Shown here one piece after another: positions 1 through 10,255 of a DNA stretch of 34,582 nt (positions within the stretch are counted from its first letter, which is position 1; every line of letters begins with the position of its first letter). Where the stretch lies: NCBI RefSeq assembly GCF_006345805.1, contig NW_021831696.1, forward strand, positions 1 through 34,582. Direction: 5' to 3'. A program made the position numbers and the translations under genes. The notes beneath the pieces are model-generated. The model was given only the letters and a program-made list of their open reading frames with translations, searched no databases and was not told where the DNA came from. Origin of the DNA: Octopus sinensis (lineage: Eukaryota).

Positions 1-222
1 TACCCACAAGGGGCTAAACGTAGAGGGGACAAACAAGGACAGACATAGGTATTAAGTCGATTACATCGACCCCAGTGCGTAACTGGTACTTAATTTATCG
101 ACCCCGAAAGGATGAAAGGCAAAGTCGACCTCGGCGGAATTTGAACTCAGAACGGAAAGACGGACGAAATACCGCTAAGCATTTCGCCCTGTGCGCTAAC
201 GTTTCTGCCAGCTCGCCGCCTT
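1..222 (-). mobile_element. tRNA-derived SINE, family B (head GGCGGCGAGCTGGCAGAA)
   Basis: The minus strand shows A-box-like TGGCAGAAACGTTA and B-box-like GAGTTCAAATTCC. Further copies occur at 12045-12267, 14243-14782 and elsewhere. Confidence 0.8.
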
Positions 223-402
223 AGTAGACGACATAGTATATCCTCACAACTCACACCTTCGTTCGTGACATAGATAACGAAGCTAGGCCGGAACAGAGGG
301 CGAACGATCTCTTCTCACACCGATACTCTGAATCCGAATATCGAAGGATCGCCCTTATTTTGATGCAATATTTCTGTGAATAGTTCTGTCGGCAATTTTT
401 TT

Positions 403-716
403 TTTTTATTTTACTTTTTTTACTTGTTTCAGTCATTTGACTGCGGCCATGCTGGAGCACCGCCTTTAGTCGAGCAAATCGACCCCGGGACTTATTCTTT
501 GTAAGCCCAGTACTTATTCTATCGGTGTCTTTTGCCGAACCGCTAAGTGACGGCGACGTAAACATACCAGCATCGGTTGTCAAGCAATCCTAGGGAGACA
601 AACACTGACACACAAACACACACACATACATACATATATATATATATATACGACAGGCTTCTTTCAGTTTCCGTCTACCAAATCCACTCACAAGGCATTG
701 GTCGGCCCGGGGCTAT
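403..716 (-). mobile_element. tRNA-derived SINE, family A, 5'-truncated
   Basis: Reverse complement of the 12332-13021 and 26344-26760 type, with internal (AT)n(CA)n and an AGAGTAAA-type tail. Confidence 0.85.
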
Positions 717-1114
717 TTTTTCTCAGACTTGGGCGCGCAAACGAAGGATCGTTGCAAATCGACATCGAATATATATACATAACTTACGCAGTCTTCATTA
801 CGAAATATAGCAAATAATTCCATAGTAACACTATATGAAAATAGATTGTGGCATAGCATTAAAATTGAAATAGATAGGGGTTAGGTTGAGATTTAGAGGG
901 GGGGCGGGGGGAATCGTTAAGCCACGGAAAAAAATATTTCCGCAGACACTCAGCTGTTATTTCTAGCATATTGGGTTATCAGGTGATGGCTTGAAAGCGG
1001 GAAGAAGTGGGAAAAAGAAACACGGGAGGTTTTTGGAAGAAAATCCATAATTAGAAATCCCCCCCTTCCCCCCAGATTTGTTATCTGTATTTTTCCAACG
1101 TAGATTTAAAAAAA

Positions 1115-1584
1115 GGCAATCTTTCGTCTTTGGTAGACCTTTCCGTCGATTTCCGTAAAAAAAATTTTTTTTTTTTTTTTTTACATATGGGCTTGCGGGA
1201 ACTTTTGAAGTAATGAGAGCGAAAGAGACTAAGAGAAAGCGATTGTATGACGAGGGAAGTTCTTTTGAAGTTACCGTCCAGGGGAAGCATTGATGTACAT
1301 GTGTGTGTGTGTGTGTTTGATGGGGTGTGGGAGACAGACAGTATGTTGTGTAAGTGAAGTGCTTCTGTTAGTGTGTGTGAAGAGACAGAGTAATGTGTGA
1401 AAGAGAAAGAGATAACTGAAATTTTTTACTCGGTGTATGTGTATATGTATGTATGCATGTATGTGTGTGTGTGTATGTATGTATGTGTATGTAGATTACT
1501 TCAAAAGTTCCCGCAAGCCCATATGTAAAAAAAAATTTTTTTCACGGAAATCGACGGAAAGGTCTACTAGAGACGAAAGATCGC
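1115..1584. mobile_element. MITE-like element with ~95-bp terminal inverted repeats
   Basis: Left ggcaatctttcgtc...cttgcgggaacttttgaagtaat matches the reverse complement of the right attacttcaaaagttcccgcaag...gacgaaagatcgc. No coding capacity. Confidence 0.7.
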
Positions 1585-1647
1585 AAAAAAAAAAGTTTGA
1601 AGGAAGTGAAAAATGGGGCGGGGAGAAGAAATAAACTTTTGAAAACT

Positions 1648-1838
1648 GGCGCAGGAGTGGCTTTGTGGTAAGAAGCTTGCTTCTCAACCACATGTTTCTG
1701 GGTTCAGTCCCACTGCGTGGTATCTTGGGCAAGTGTCTTCTACTATAGCCTCGGGCCGACCAAAGCCTTGTGAGTGGATTTGGTAGACGGAAACTGAAAG
1801 AAACCCGCCGTATGTATATATATATATATGTATGTATG

Positions 1839-1897
<59 letters not shown>

Positions 1898-1898
1898 G

Positions 1899-1935
<37 letters not shown>

Positions 1936-2137
1936 TGTGTGTGTACGTGTTTATTGTTTGGTCTGTGTTTGTCTCACCCACCATCACTTGAAAACTGATG
2001 TTGGTGTGTTTACATCCCAGTCACTTTGCGGCTCGGCAAGGAGAGACCGGTAGAATAATGGAATGGATTATTCGACGAAAGGTGGTGCTCCAGCATGGCG
2101 GAGTCAAATGACTGAAACAAGTAAAAGAGTAAAGAGA
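1648..2137 (+). mobile_element. SINE family A
   Basis: Head GGCGCAGGAGTGGCTTTGTGG with B-box-like GGTTCAGTCCC, internal microsatellite and GAGTAAAGAG tail. Confidence 0.85.
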
Positions 2138-2323
2138 GGTGGGTTTTTTTGTTTTTTTTTTTAGCCAAATCGTAATCTCCTCCATCGGAAATATAGACAC
2201 CCGAATAAATTTTGGGAAAGAAAGATACCCCCGACCCCCAAAAAGACAGAAGATGAGATATATTTACACCTAACCTCCGCCGCTTTCAGGTGGTGTATAT
2301 TACGGTCATATCATTGCCAATTT

Positions 2324-2719
2324 GGCGATCTAGTAGACCTTTCCGTCGATTTCCGTAAAAAAATTTTTTTTACATATGGGCTTGCGGGAACTTTTGAAGT
2401 AATATACATACATATACACATACACCGAGTAAAAAATTCAGTTATCTCTTTCTTTCACACATTACTCTGTCTCTTCACACACACTAACAGAAGCACTTCA
2501 CTTACACAACATACTGTCTGTCTCCACACCCCATCAAACACACACATGTACATCAATGCTTTGATAACTTCAAAAGAAATTCCCTCGTCATACAATCGCA
2601 TTCTCTTAGTCTCTTTCGCTCTCATTACTTCAAAAGTTCCCGCAAGCCCATATGAAAATAAAAAAAAAAATTTTTTTACGGAAATCGACGGAAAGGTCTA
2701 CTAGAGACGAAAGATTGCC
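2324..2719. mobile_element. Second, inverted copy of the 1115-1584 MITE
   Basis: Its interior (cacacattactctgtctc, catcaaacacacacatgtacatcaatgc) is the reverse complement of 1200-1440, with the same TIRs. Confidence 0.7.
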
Positions 2720-2833
2720 GTTTTATAAACACATTCTACCAGTATACGAAGTTTAAAAGTGTTTAGTTACGTGGAAATTATTTTTAAAAAACTGCCGGTC
2801 AAACGGAAAAGATCCGAAAGTTATCTAAGTAAA

Positions 2834-3219
2834 TCTCTCTCTATATAAACGGAAGTTTGTCTGTGCGTGTTTCTGTGTGTCTGTTTTCTCGTACCCTCAC
2901 TCTGACCACGGCTTTCAACCGATTCTGATGAAACTTGACACACACATAGCCCAATGTCATAATTCAAAACTAACGCAGCGAAAATTTTGAAAAGTTCCCC
3001 CAGTTCTGAAAAAAATCGATAAATTCGACATGGGGTCGAGAATCAAAAAAAATAAACCACAGACTGTCTAGGGGACGCAACTCAACCTTTTTTTACTCTC
3101 AAAAAAAAATTTACCATAATTTTTTTCTATTTTTTTGCTATTTTTTGGCTATAACTCTCTAAAAAATGCTTTATAGTTATTTCCCTTACAAACCTGAGCA
3201 CGCCGGGCGATACTGCTAG
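2834..3219 (+). mobile_element. Non-autonomous Helitron
   Basis: 5' A|TCTCTCTCTATATAAAC start, internal AACCGATTCTGATGAAACTT, GC-rich subterminal gagcacgccgggcg and 3' CTAG|T end. The TC...CTAG termini between A and T are diagnostic of Helitrons. Confidence 0.75.
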
Positions 3220-3497
3220 TTCGTTATAACCGCAATTTACACGCTCTGAAGGGATTTTGTGAAGAACTTCATTAAAAAAATGTCCGGATAAAATTCTGGT
3301 TTAAACATTCCATATAACCACTCAAAACTTTTTACGTTTTATCATCCATTCATTCACAAAGAATTTCACAATTTTATAGTCACTTGCCTTAGTCAATACC
3401 ATATTAATTCCACGGATTAGTAGTCCAGGTAATATAGTCCGTAAGATCTAAAAGTAAGGCCAGAATGTAGGCAAGTAGGCAAAGTATCAAGCCTCCG

Positions 3498-3507
3498 TTT
3501 TTATATA
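3498..3507 (-). promoter_or_regulatory. Candidate divergent TATA box (TATATAAAAA on minus strand)
   Basis: Plus-strand tttttatata lies about 65 nt from the first GC/ETS motif. AT-rich matches can arise by chance. Confidence 0.25.
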
Positions 3508-3572
3508 CAGCAGCAAACATCAAGTCAAGAGATGGAAGCCTGCCTCTTTCCATCTGCAAGATGCCACGTATC

Positions 3573-3725
3573 ATGGGCGTGGCCAAGTTCCTGTTATGTG
3601 ACACTAAGTCATCATAATTTACGGGCGTGGCCACTTCCTGTTACGGGATGCTAAGTTGTACAAGGGAGATAACCTCCACTTGAATTCAAGGAATCATAAT
3701 TTATGGGCGTGGCCAGTTCCTGTTG
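3573..3725. promoter_or_regulatory. Triplicated GC-box (GGGCGTGGC) plus ETS-like (TTCCTGT) composite motif; candidate promoter or enhancer
   Basis: GGGCGTGGCCA(A/C/-)(G)TTCCTGTT occurs at 3573-3596, 3621-3643 and 3703-3725. Copies 2 and 3 share an upstream ATCATAATTTA. Confidence 0.5.
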
Positions 3726-3896
3726 CGCAGTTAACAAAACCTTGCTTTGGCCTCGTGTTGTTCCCTCTACGTTAGCCATATGTTACACACACACGCACAC
3801 ACACACGCACACACACACACACATGCTCTCTCCTCATCCATCACCCTCTTGTACTGTCTTATATTCCCCCCCCCACCACTACAAACTCAATACCAC

Positions 3897-3903
3897 TATA
3901 AAA
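3897..3903 (+). promoter_or_regulatory. Candidate TATA box (TATAAAA), with Inr-like TTAGTT at 3931-3936
   Basis: Consensus match about 170 nt downstream of the GC/ETS cluster. Spacing to the Inr-like A is 36 nt, longer than the usual ~30. Confidence 0.3.
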
Positions 3904-4068
3904 TGGTCAAAAACCCTTTCACACAGGAACTTAGTTTGATTTGAAAACCGCACTAGAATGGGAGAAAGCGCTAATACATGGTCTAAGTTATATGATGTAT
4001 AAAAACATGTAATATACAAATAAATATCTGTAAATATAAACCATCCGATCTTCTGATTACCTCATTTC

Positions 4069-4115
<47 letters not shown>

Positions 4116-4338
4116 ATATACATATATATATGTGTGTGTGTGTGTGTATACATATATATATATATGTGTGTGTGTGTGTATACATATATATATGTGTGTG
4201 TGTGTGCGTGTGTGTATATACATATATATATATGTGTGTATACATATATATATGTGTGTGTGTGTGTGTCTGTGCGTGTGTGTATATACATATATATATA
4301 TGTATACATATATATATATATACATATATATACATATA
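4069..4338. repeat. Compound (AT)n/(GT)n microsatellite
   Basis: Visible directly; it explains the HT/YI/CV ORFs in the track. Confidence 0.95.
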
Positions 4339-4444
4339 TTCAATATGCAATAAAGGGTGGAATATAATTAATTTAATAAAATTAATCAATTTCACCTAGT
4401 AGATTTATCGGTATGGAAAAGACCATATTTGGTAAGGGTTATAA

Positions 4445-4769
4445 TAATTATAATTAAGGGTTAATTGCAACAAGTTGCTCAAAACCACGTACCGAAAATA
4501 TTAGAAACAGCAGCCAAAATTGATCACTATTTCCTCTACTAATAAAAAGTCTCCACAAACAAATAGAATTTGTAAGCTGTATATGGCAAAAAAGGCAGAA
4601 AATAACGAAATCCCATCTGCCTTTTGCCATATACAGCTTACAAATTCTATTTGTTTGTGGAGACTTTTTATTAGTAGAGGAAATAGTGATCAATTTTGGC
4701 TGCTGTTTCTAATATTTTCGGTATGTGGTTTTGAGCAACTTGTTGCAATTAACCCTTAATTATAATTAT
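4445..4769. mobile_element. Fold-back / MITE-like near-perfect palindrome (~155-bp arms, 16-nt loop)
   Basis: Arms 4445-4599 and 4616-4769 are reverse complements apart from one substitution and a 2-nt indel. The ends contain TTAA|GGG...CCC|TTAA. Confidence 0.85.
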
Positions 4770-4789
4770 ATATACATATATCATCATCA

Positions 4790-5291
4790 CATCATCATCA
4801 TCATCATCATCATCATCATTTAGCGTCCGCTTTCCATGCTAGCATGGGTTGGACGGTTCAACTGGGGTCTGTGAAGCTGGAAGGCTTCGTCAGGCCCAGT
4901 CTAATCTGGCAGTGTTTCTACGGCTGGATGCCCTTCCTAACGCCAACCACTCCGTGAGTGTAGTGGGTGCTTTTACGTGCCACCTGCACAGGTGCTAGAC
5001 AGAGCTGGTAAACGGCCATGAACGGATGGTGCTTTTACATGTCACCGGCACGGGGCCAGGTAATGCTGGCAACGGACACGAACGGATGGTGCTTTTACGG
5101 GGCCAGACAGAGCTGGCAAACGGCCACGAACGAATGGTGCTTTTACGTGTCACCGGCACGGGGGCTAGGCGAGGCTGGCAACGGACCGATGCTGGCAACG
5201 GACACGAACGGATGGTGCTTTTACGTGCCACCGACACGGGGGCCAGGCGAGGCTGGCAACAGACACGAACGGATGGTGCTTTTACGTGCCA
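4790..5291 (-). mobile_element. RTE-LINE 3' UTR fragment (or RTE-partner SINE tail) with (GAT)n tail and internal tandem repeats
   Basis: Shares catgctagcatgggttggacgg...gcacctgcac with the 3' end of the RTE LINE at 27620-29240. Confidence 0.75.
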
Positions 5292-5390
5292 TATATATAT
5301 ATATACATATATATATATACATATATATATATATAAGCAATAATAAATCTCAGAACGAGATGTAAACAGTAACTGCATGACAATGTAAGG

Positions 5391-5516
5391 TATACTAGCC
5401 ATCTCAATAGGCACAGAAAGCGTGCCTAAAGCCAGCTGGAGACGATGTTCTCCTGGGGCTACAAGCTACAGTAACACCCACCCTTAGTGGTTAGCCATAT
5501 TGAGATGGCTAGTATA
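5391..5516. mobile_element. 126-bp MITE-like element with perfect 19-bp inverted termini
   Basis: TATACTAGCCATCTCAATA (5391-5409) and TATTGAGATGGCTAGTATA (5498-5516). The outer TA could be a Tc1/mariner-type TSD. Confidence 0.6.
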
Positions 5517-5522
5517 ACTTAC

Positions 5523-5575
<53 letters not shown>

Positions 5576-5973
5576 CACATACACACACACACACACACAC
5601 ATATATGCACTGAAGGACATTGTCACCAAATATGTGTAACATCTGATAGCCTGGTTGGTCATGTAATTGTGTGTGTGTGTGTGTGTGCATTGGTTGTGAT
5701 AAGAAATTCGCTTTCCAACTACCAGGGTCCAGGTTCAATCCCACTGTATCGCTCATGGGACAAATGCCTTCTTTTTATTCCTGGTGCTTTGGCAACAAAA
5801 AGTAGCTTTAGCTTTTGCTTCTTCAGGTCCCATTGCGATGCCAATGCCATTAAGAAGAACTGCTAACTCTACCTTCAGATTGCCCTTAAATTTAGAGAAC
5901 AACTAAATTTGTAATATTGGTTCCAAACAGCAATTTGGGGAAGGGGTTAAGTTGATTACATCAACCCCAGCAC

Positions 5974-6607
5974 CTGCAATCCCTGTTGAAACTGAGCTTT
6001 TACTCTCTTTTTACTCTTATACATGTTTCAGTCATTTGACTGTGGCCATGCTGGAGCACCGCCTTTAGTCGTGCAAATCGACCCCGGGACTTATTCTTTG
6101 TAAGCCCAGTACTTATTCTATCGGTCTCTTTTGCTGAACTGCTAAGTGACGGGGACGTAAACACACCAGCATCGGTTGTCAAGCAATGCTAGAGGGACAA
6201 ACACAGACACACAAACACACACACACACACATACATATACATGCACATACATACATACATATATATACATATATACGACAGGCTTCTTTCAGTTTCTGTC
6301 TACCAAATCCACTCACAAGGCATTGGTCGGCCCGAGGCTATAGCAGAAGACACTTGCCCAAGATGCCACGCAGTGGGACTGAACCCAGAACCATGTGGTT
6401 GGTAGGCAAGCTACTTACCACACAGCCACTCCTGCAATGAGCATTAACAAGGCCCAGGGGCAGTTCTTGGATGTGGTAGGCCTGAACCTTACGGAACCAG
6501 TTTTTCCCCATGGCCAACTTTATGTAGGATGTTCAAGAGTCAGAAATCCTAATCATTTGTTTATTTATGCCCTTCATGAAAAGACCAAAAATGTCTATCA
6601 AGAAGCT
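5974..6607 (+). pseudogene. Helitron RepHel PIF1-like helicase C-terminal fragment, split by a SINE
   Basis: LQSLLKLSF (5974-6000) plus [36 protein letters not shown]...TKNVYQEA (6434-6607) matches the PIF1/Helitron motifs (A)MTINKSQGQ and HGQLYVAxSRV. Confidence 0.85.
6001..6433 (-). mobile_element. SINE family A, full length
   Basis: Head to tail reverse complement of family A, inserted in the helicase fragment. Confidence 0.88.
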
Positions 6608-6654
6608 CAACTGGTACTTATTTTATCGACCCCAGGAGGATTAAAGTCAGTGGC

Positions 6655-6940
6655 CGATGACAGCTCCGCCTCGACTGGCTTCCGTGCTGGTGGCACATAA
6701 AATACACCAATCCGACCGTGGCCGTTGCCAGCCTCGCCTGGCACTGAGCAGGTGGTACGTAAAAAGCACCCACTACACTCACGGAGTGGTTGGTGTTAGG
6801 AAGGGCATCCAGCTGTAGAAACATTGCCAGATCAGACTGGAGCCTGGTGCAGCTTCTGGCTTCCCAGATCCCTGGTCGAACCGTCCAACCCATGCTAGCA
6901 TGGAGAACGGACGTTAACGATGATGATGATGATGATGATG
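6655..6940 (+). mobile_element. RTE-type 3' fragment with (GAT)n tail
   Basis: Ends catgctagcatggagaacggacgttaacgatgatgat. A family B SINE remnant resumes at 6941. Confidence 0.75.
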
Positions 6941-7138
6941 TTAGCCTCGGTGGAATTTGAACTAAGAACATACAGATGGTCAAAATGCCATTTTCACCAT
7001 CAGCATGTTCATTTCATTTGGCATGCTAACGATTATTCTCCAAGTAAATATTAATAACTAGCATTATGACCCGGCATTGCCAGTTTGGTATAAATGTGTT
7101 AAATTAAAATTTGGGGTAATAAAACATACAATGACGTA

Positions 7139-7878
7139 TAGGCGCAGGAGTGGCTGTGTGGTAAGTAGCTTGTTTACCAACCACATGGTTCTGGGTTCAG
7201 TCCCACTGCATGGCACCTTGGGCAAGTGTCTTCTACTATAGCCTCGGGCCGACCAAAGCCTTATGAGTGGATTTGGTAGACGGAAACTGAAAGAAGCCCG
7301 TCGTATATATGTATATATATATATAGGCGCAGGAGTGGCTGTGTGGTAAGTAGCTTGTTTACCAACCACATGGTTCTGGGTTCAGTCCCACTGCGTGGCA
7401 CCTTGGGCAAGTGTCTTCTACTATAGCCTCGGGCTGACCAAAGCCTTATGAGTGGATTTGGTAGACGGAAACTGAAAGAAGCCCGTCGTATATATGTATA
7501 TATATATATATAGGCGCAGGAGTGGCTGTGTGGTAAGTAGCTTGTTTACCAACCACATGGTTCTGGGTTCAGTCCCACTGCGTGGCACCTTGGGCAAGTG
7601 TCTTCTACTATAGCCTCGGGCTGACCAAAGCCTTATGAGTGGATTTGGTAGACGGAAACTGAAAGAAGCCCGTCGTATATATGTATATATATGTGTGTGT
7701 GCATGTATGTTTGTGCGTCTGTGTTTGTCCCCCTAGCATTGCTTGACAACCGATGCTGGTGTCTTTATGTCCCCGTTACTTAGCAGTTCGGCAAAAGAGA
7801 CCGATAGAATAAGTACTGGGCTTACAAAGAATAAAGGTGGTGCTCCAGCATGGCTGCAAAGAGTAAAAAGAGTAAAGA
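7139..7878 (+). mobile_element. SINE family A with three tandem heads and one tail
   Basis: The head unit repeats at ~7139, ~7323 and ~7511 (about 186-bp period), separated by (AT)n. Confidence 0.88.
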
Positions 7879-8143
7879 GCATATTAAAAAGACGAATTAA
7901 AATTCTAGAGAAAAATACATAGAAGATAAATATACAAATTTACAAAAATACATAAAAGTTCATCTAGGGGCTGTCTCGGAGATGCGCCAATTAATATGAA
8001 ACATATCATATATTTAATATTGACATTCCCCTCGTCAGGATGTTTTTTACACACAACACACAGTACATAGAAACAAATGCACAATTACATACCTGCTACA
8101 TGCGAAAGACCAGACATTACGTACTCCCCAAAATTCTCATAGA

Positions 8144-8479
8144 CGCCAGCCTCGTCTGGCACCTGTGTCGGTGGCACATAAAAAACACCATCCGAGCGTG
8201 GCCGTCTGCCAGCCTCGTCTGGCACCTGTGTCGGTGGCACATAAAAAACACCATCCGAGCGTGGCCGTCTGCCAGCCTCGTCTGGCACCTGTGTCGGTGG
8301 CACATAAAATCACCCACTACACTCTCGGAGTGGTTGGCATTAGGAAGGGCATCCAGCTGTAGAAACACTGCCAGATCTGACTGGCCTGGTGCAGCCTTTG
8401 GGCTTGCCAGACCCCAGTTGAACCGTCCAAACCATGCTAGCATGGAAAGCGGACGTTAAACGATGATGATGATGATGAT
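8144..8479 (+). mobile_element. RTE-type 3' fragment with ~60-bp internal triplication and (GAT)n tail
   Basis: gccagcctcgtctggcacctgtgtcggtggcacataaaa occurs three times, followed by the shared 3' end. Confidence 0.75.
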
Positions 8480-8512
8480 ACTGAATGCTACTTTATAAGC
8501 ATATAATTCAAT

Positions 8513-8795
8513 CTAGCAGCTATGGTAAATGGTATGTGCACAGCTCCATCTGGACTAATTCACTTCTGCACTCAATAAAATTTTTCATCTTTTAATTTCT
8601 CCCATTCATGCAAAGCCACATATTCGAGTTCAAGTCCTGGATACATTTTATACTAATTTTTTTGCCGATGACACTCCCCGGACCCTAAGTAAGGCATGTG
8701 TAAAATTTGGATGAAATTGGTTGTGTAGTTCTCAAGTTTTAGGGAAACACACAGACAGACAGACACACATTCTCAGTTTTATATATATATAGAGA
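8513..8795 (-). mobile_element. Non-autonomous Helitron-like element
   Basis: The minus strand starts A|TCTCTATATATATATAAAAC, has aaccaatttcatccaaatttt (similar to the 2834 element) and ends ...gctgCTAG. The 3' flank is A rather than T. Confidence 0.5.
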
Positions 8796-8857
8796 TTTCT
8801 CATATCTGTCATGCTCTGGTAGTCATCTCTTAATTTGTAAATTTTTTTTTACAGATC

Positions 8858-8897
8858 ATGGACATTCTACAGTTCTGTGTGTTTGCATTGTGTTTTT
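8858..8897 (+). CDS. Exon 1: start codon and signal peptide (MDILQFCVFALCF)
   Basis: Acceptor ttttttttacag ends at 8854, ATG at 8858, donor T|gtaagt at 8898. The leftover T plus GT of the next exon gives Cys and continues the hydrophobic stretch to ...CLMKA, a plausible cleavage site. Confidence 0.8.
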
Positions 8898-10220
8898 GTA
8901 AGTTTACTTTCATTTTTGTTTTTAAATTTTTTTTCATTAACAACAAATCAAAATCAAAATCAAAATCGATCAACATCAATGGAATTTGTAGTTGTGAATC
9001 CAGTGCCGGTGGCACGTAAGAGAACCGTCCAAACGTGGCCGTTGCCAGCGCTGCCCCGACTGGCCTATGTGCCGGTGGCACGTAAAAAGCACCATCTGAT
9101 CATGGCAGTTGCCAGCCTCACCTGGCCTCCGTGCCGGTGGCATGTAAAAAGCACCATCCGATCGTGGCTGTTTGCCAGCCTCACCTGGCCTCCGTGCCGG
9201 TGGCACGTAAAAAGTACCATCTGATCGTGGCCGTTTGCCAGCCTCGTGTGGCACCTGTGCCAGTGTCACCTAATAAGCACCCACAACACTCACGAAGTGG
9301 TTGGCGTTAGGAAGGGCATCCAGCCGTAGAAACACTGCCAGATCAGACTGGGGCCTGGTGCAGCCTTCTGGCTTCCCAGACCCCAGTTGAACCGTCCAAC
9401 CCATGCTGGCATGGAAAGTGGACGCTAAATAATGATGATGATGATGATGCTGATGAACCAAATTCGATGATTGGCACCCGGGCCAGTGGAGCGCTAACAG
9501 CTCCATCCGAGCGGGACCACTGCCAGAGCAGCTGTCTGGCTTCCGTGCCGGTGGGCACGAAAAATAGCACCATTTGAGCGTGATCGTTACCAGCGTCACC
9601 TTACTGGCACATGAACAAAACATTTGAGTGAGGTCGTTGCCAGTGCCGCTGGACTGACTCCTGTGCAGGTGGCACATAAAAAAGCACCATTTCGAGCGTG
9701 GCCGTTGTCAGTACCGCCAGACTGGCCCTCGTGCCGGTGGCATGTAAAAGCACCCACTACACTCTCGGAGTGGTTGGCGTTTGGAAGGGCATCCAGCTGT
9801 AGAAACTCTGCCAGATCAGATTTATGTTTTAAAGGGAAACAAACTTTTTGTTGTTAAATGTTTAAAAAAAAAGAAAACTTTGTAACGTTAAATGTTTGAA
9901 AAGAAAGAAGAAAAAGAAAAAGAACTTTGCTGTTAAATGTGTTTCTTTAAAAGAAAGGAAAAGAAAAAAGAAAAGAAAGAAGAAAAGGGACTGTGTTACT
10001 ATTTAAAAAAAATTTTACTTGTTTCAGTGATTTGACTGTGGCCATGCTGGAGCACCGCCTTTCGTCAAGCAAATTGACCCCAGGACTTATTCTTTGTAAG
10101 CCTAGTACTTATTCTATCGGTCTCTTTTGCTGAACCGCTAAGTTATGGGGATGTAAACACACCAGCATTGGTTGTCAAGCGATGTTGGGTGGGGGGACAA
10201 ACTCAGACACACAAACATAT

Positions 10221-10255
<35 letters not shown>

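Noticed and set aside
3404-3634. 76-aa minus-strand ORF with a hydrophobic stretch
   Set aside because: No recognisable motif. It overlaps the GC/ETS repeats and the TATA-like motif, and has no supporting splice structure.
8085-8143. Strong minus-strand donor (CAG|gtatgt) suggesting an antisense exon
   Set aside because: No acceptor or partner exon was found; upstream on that strand is an RTE-type repeat.
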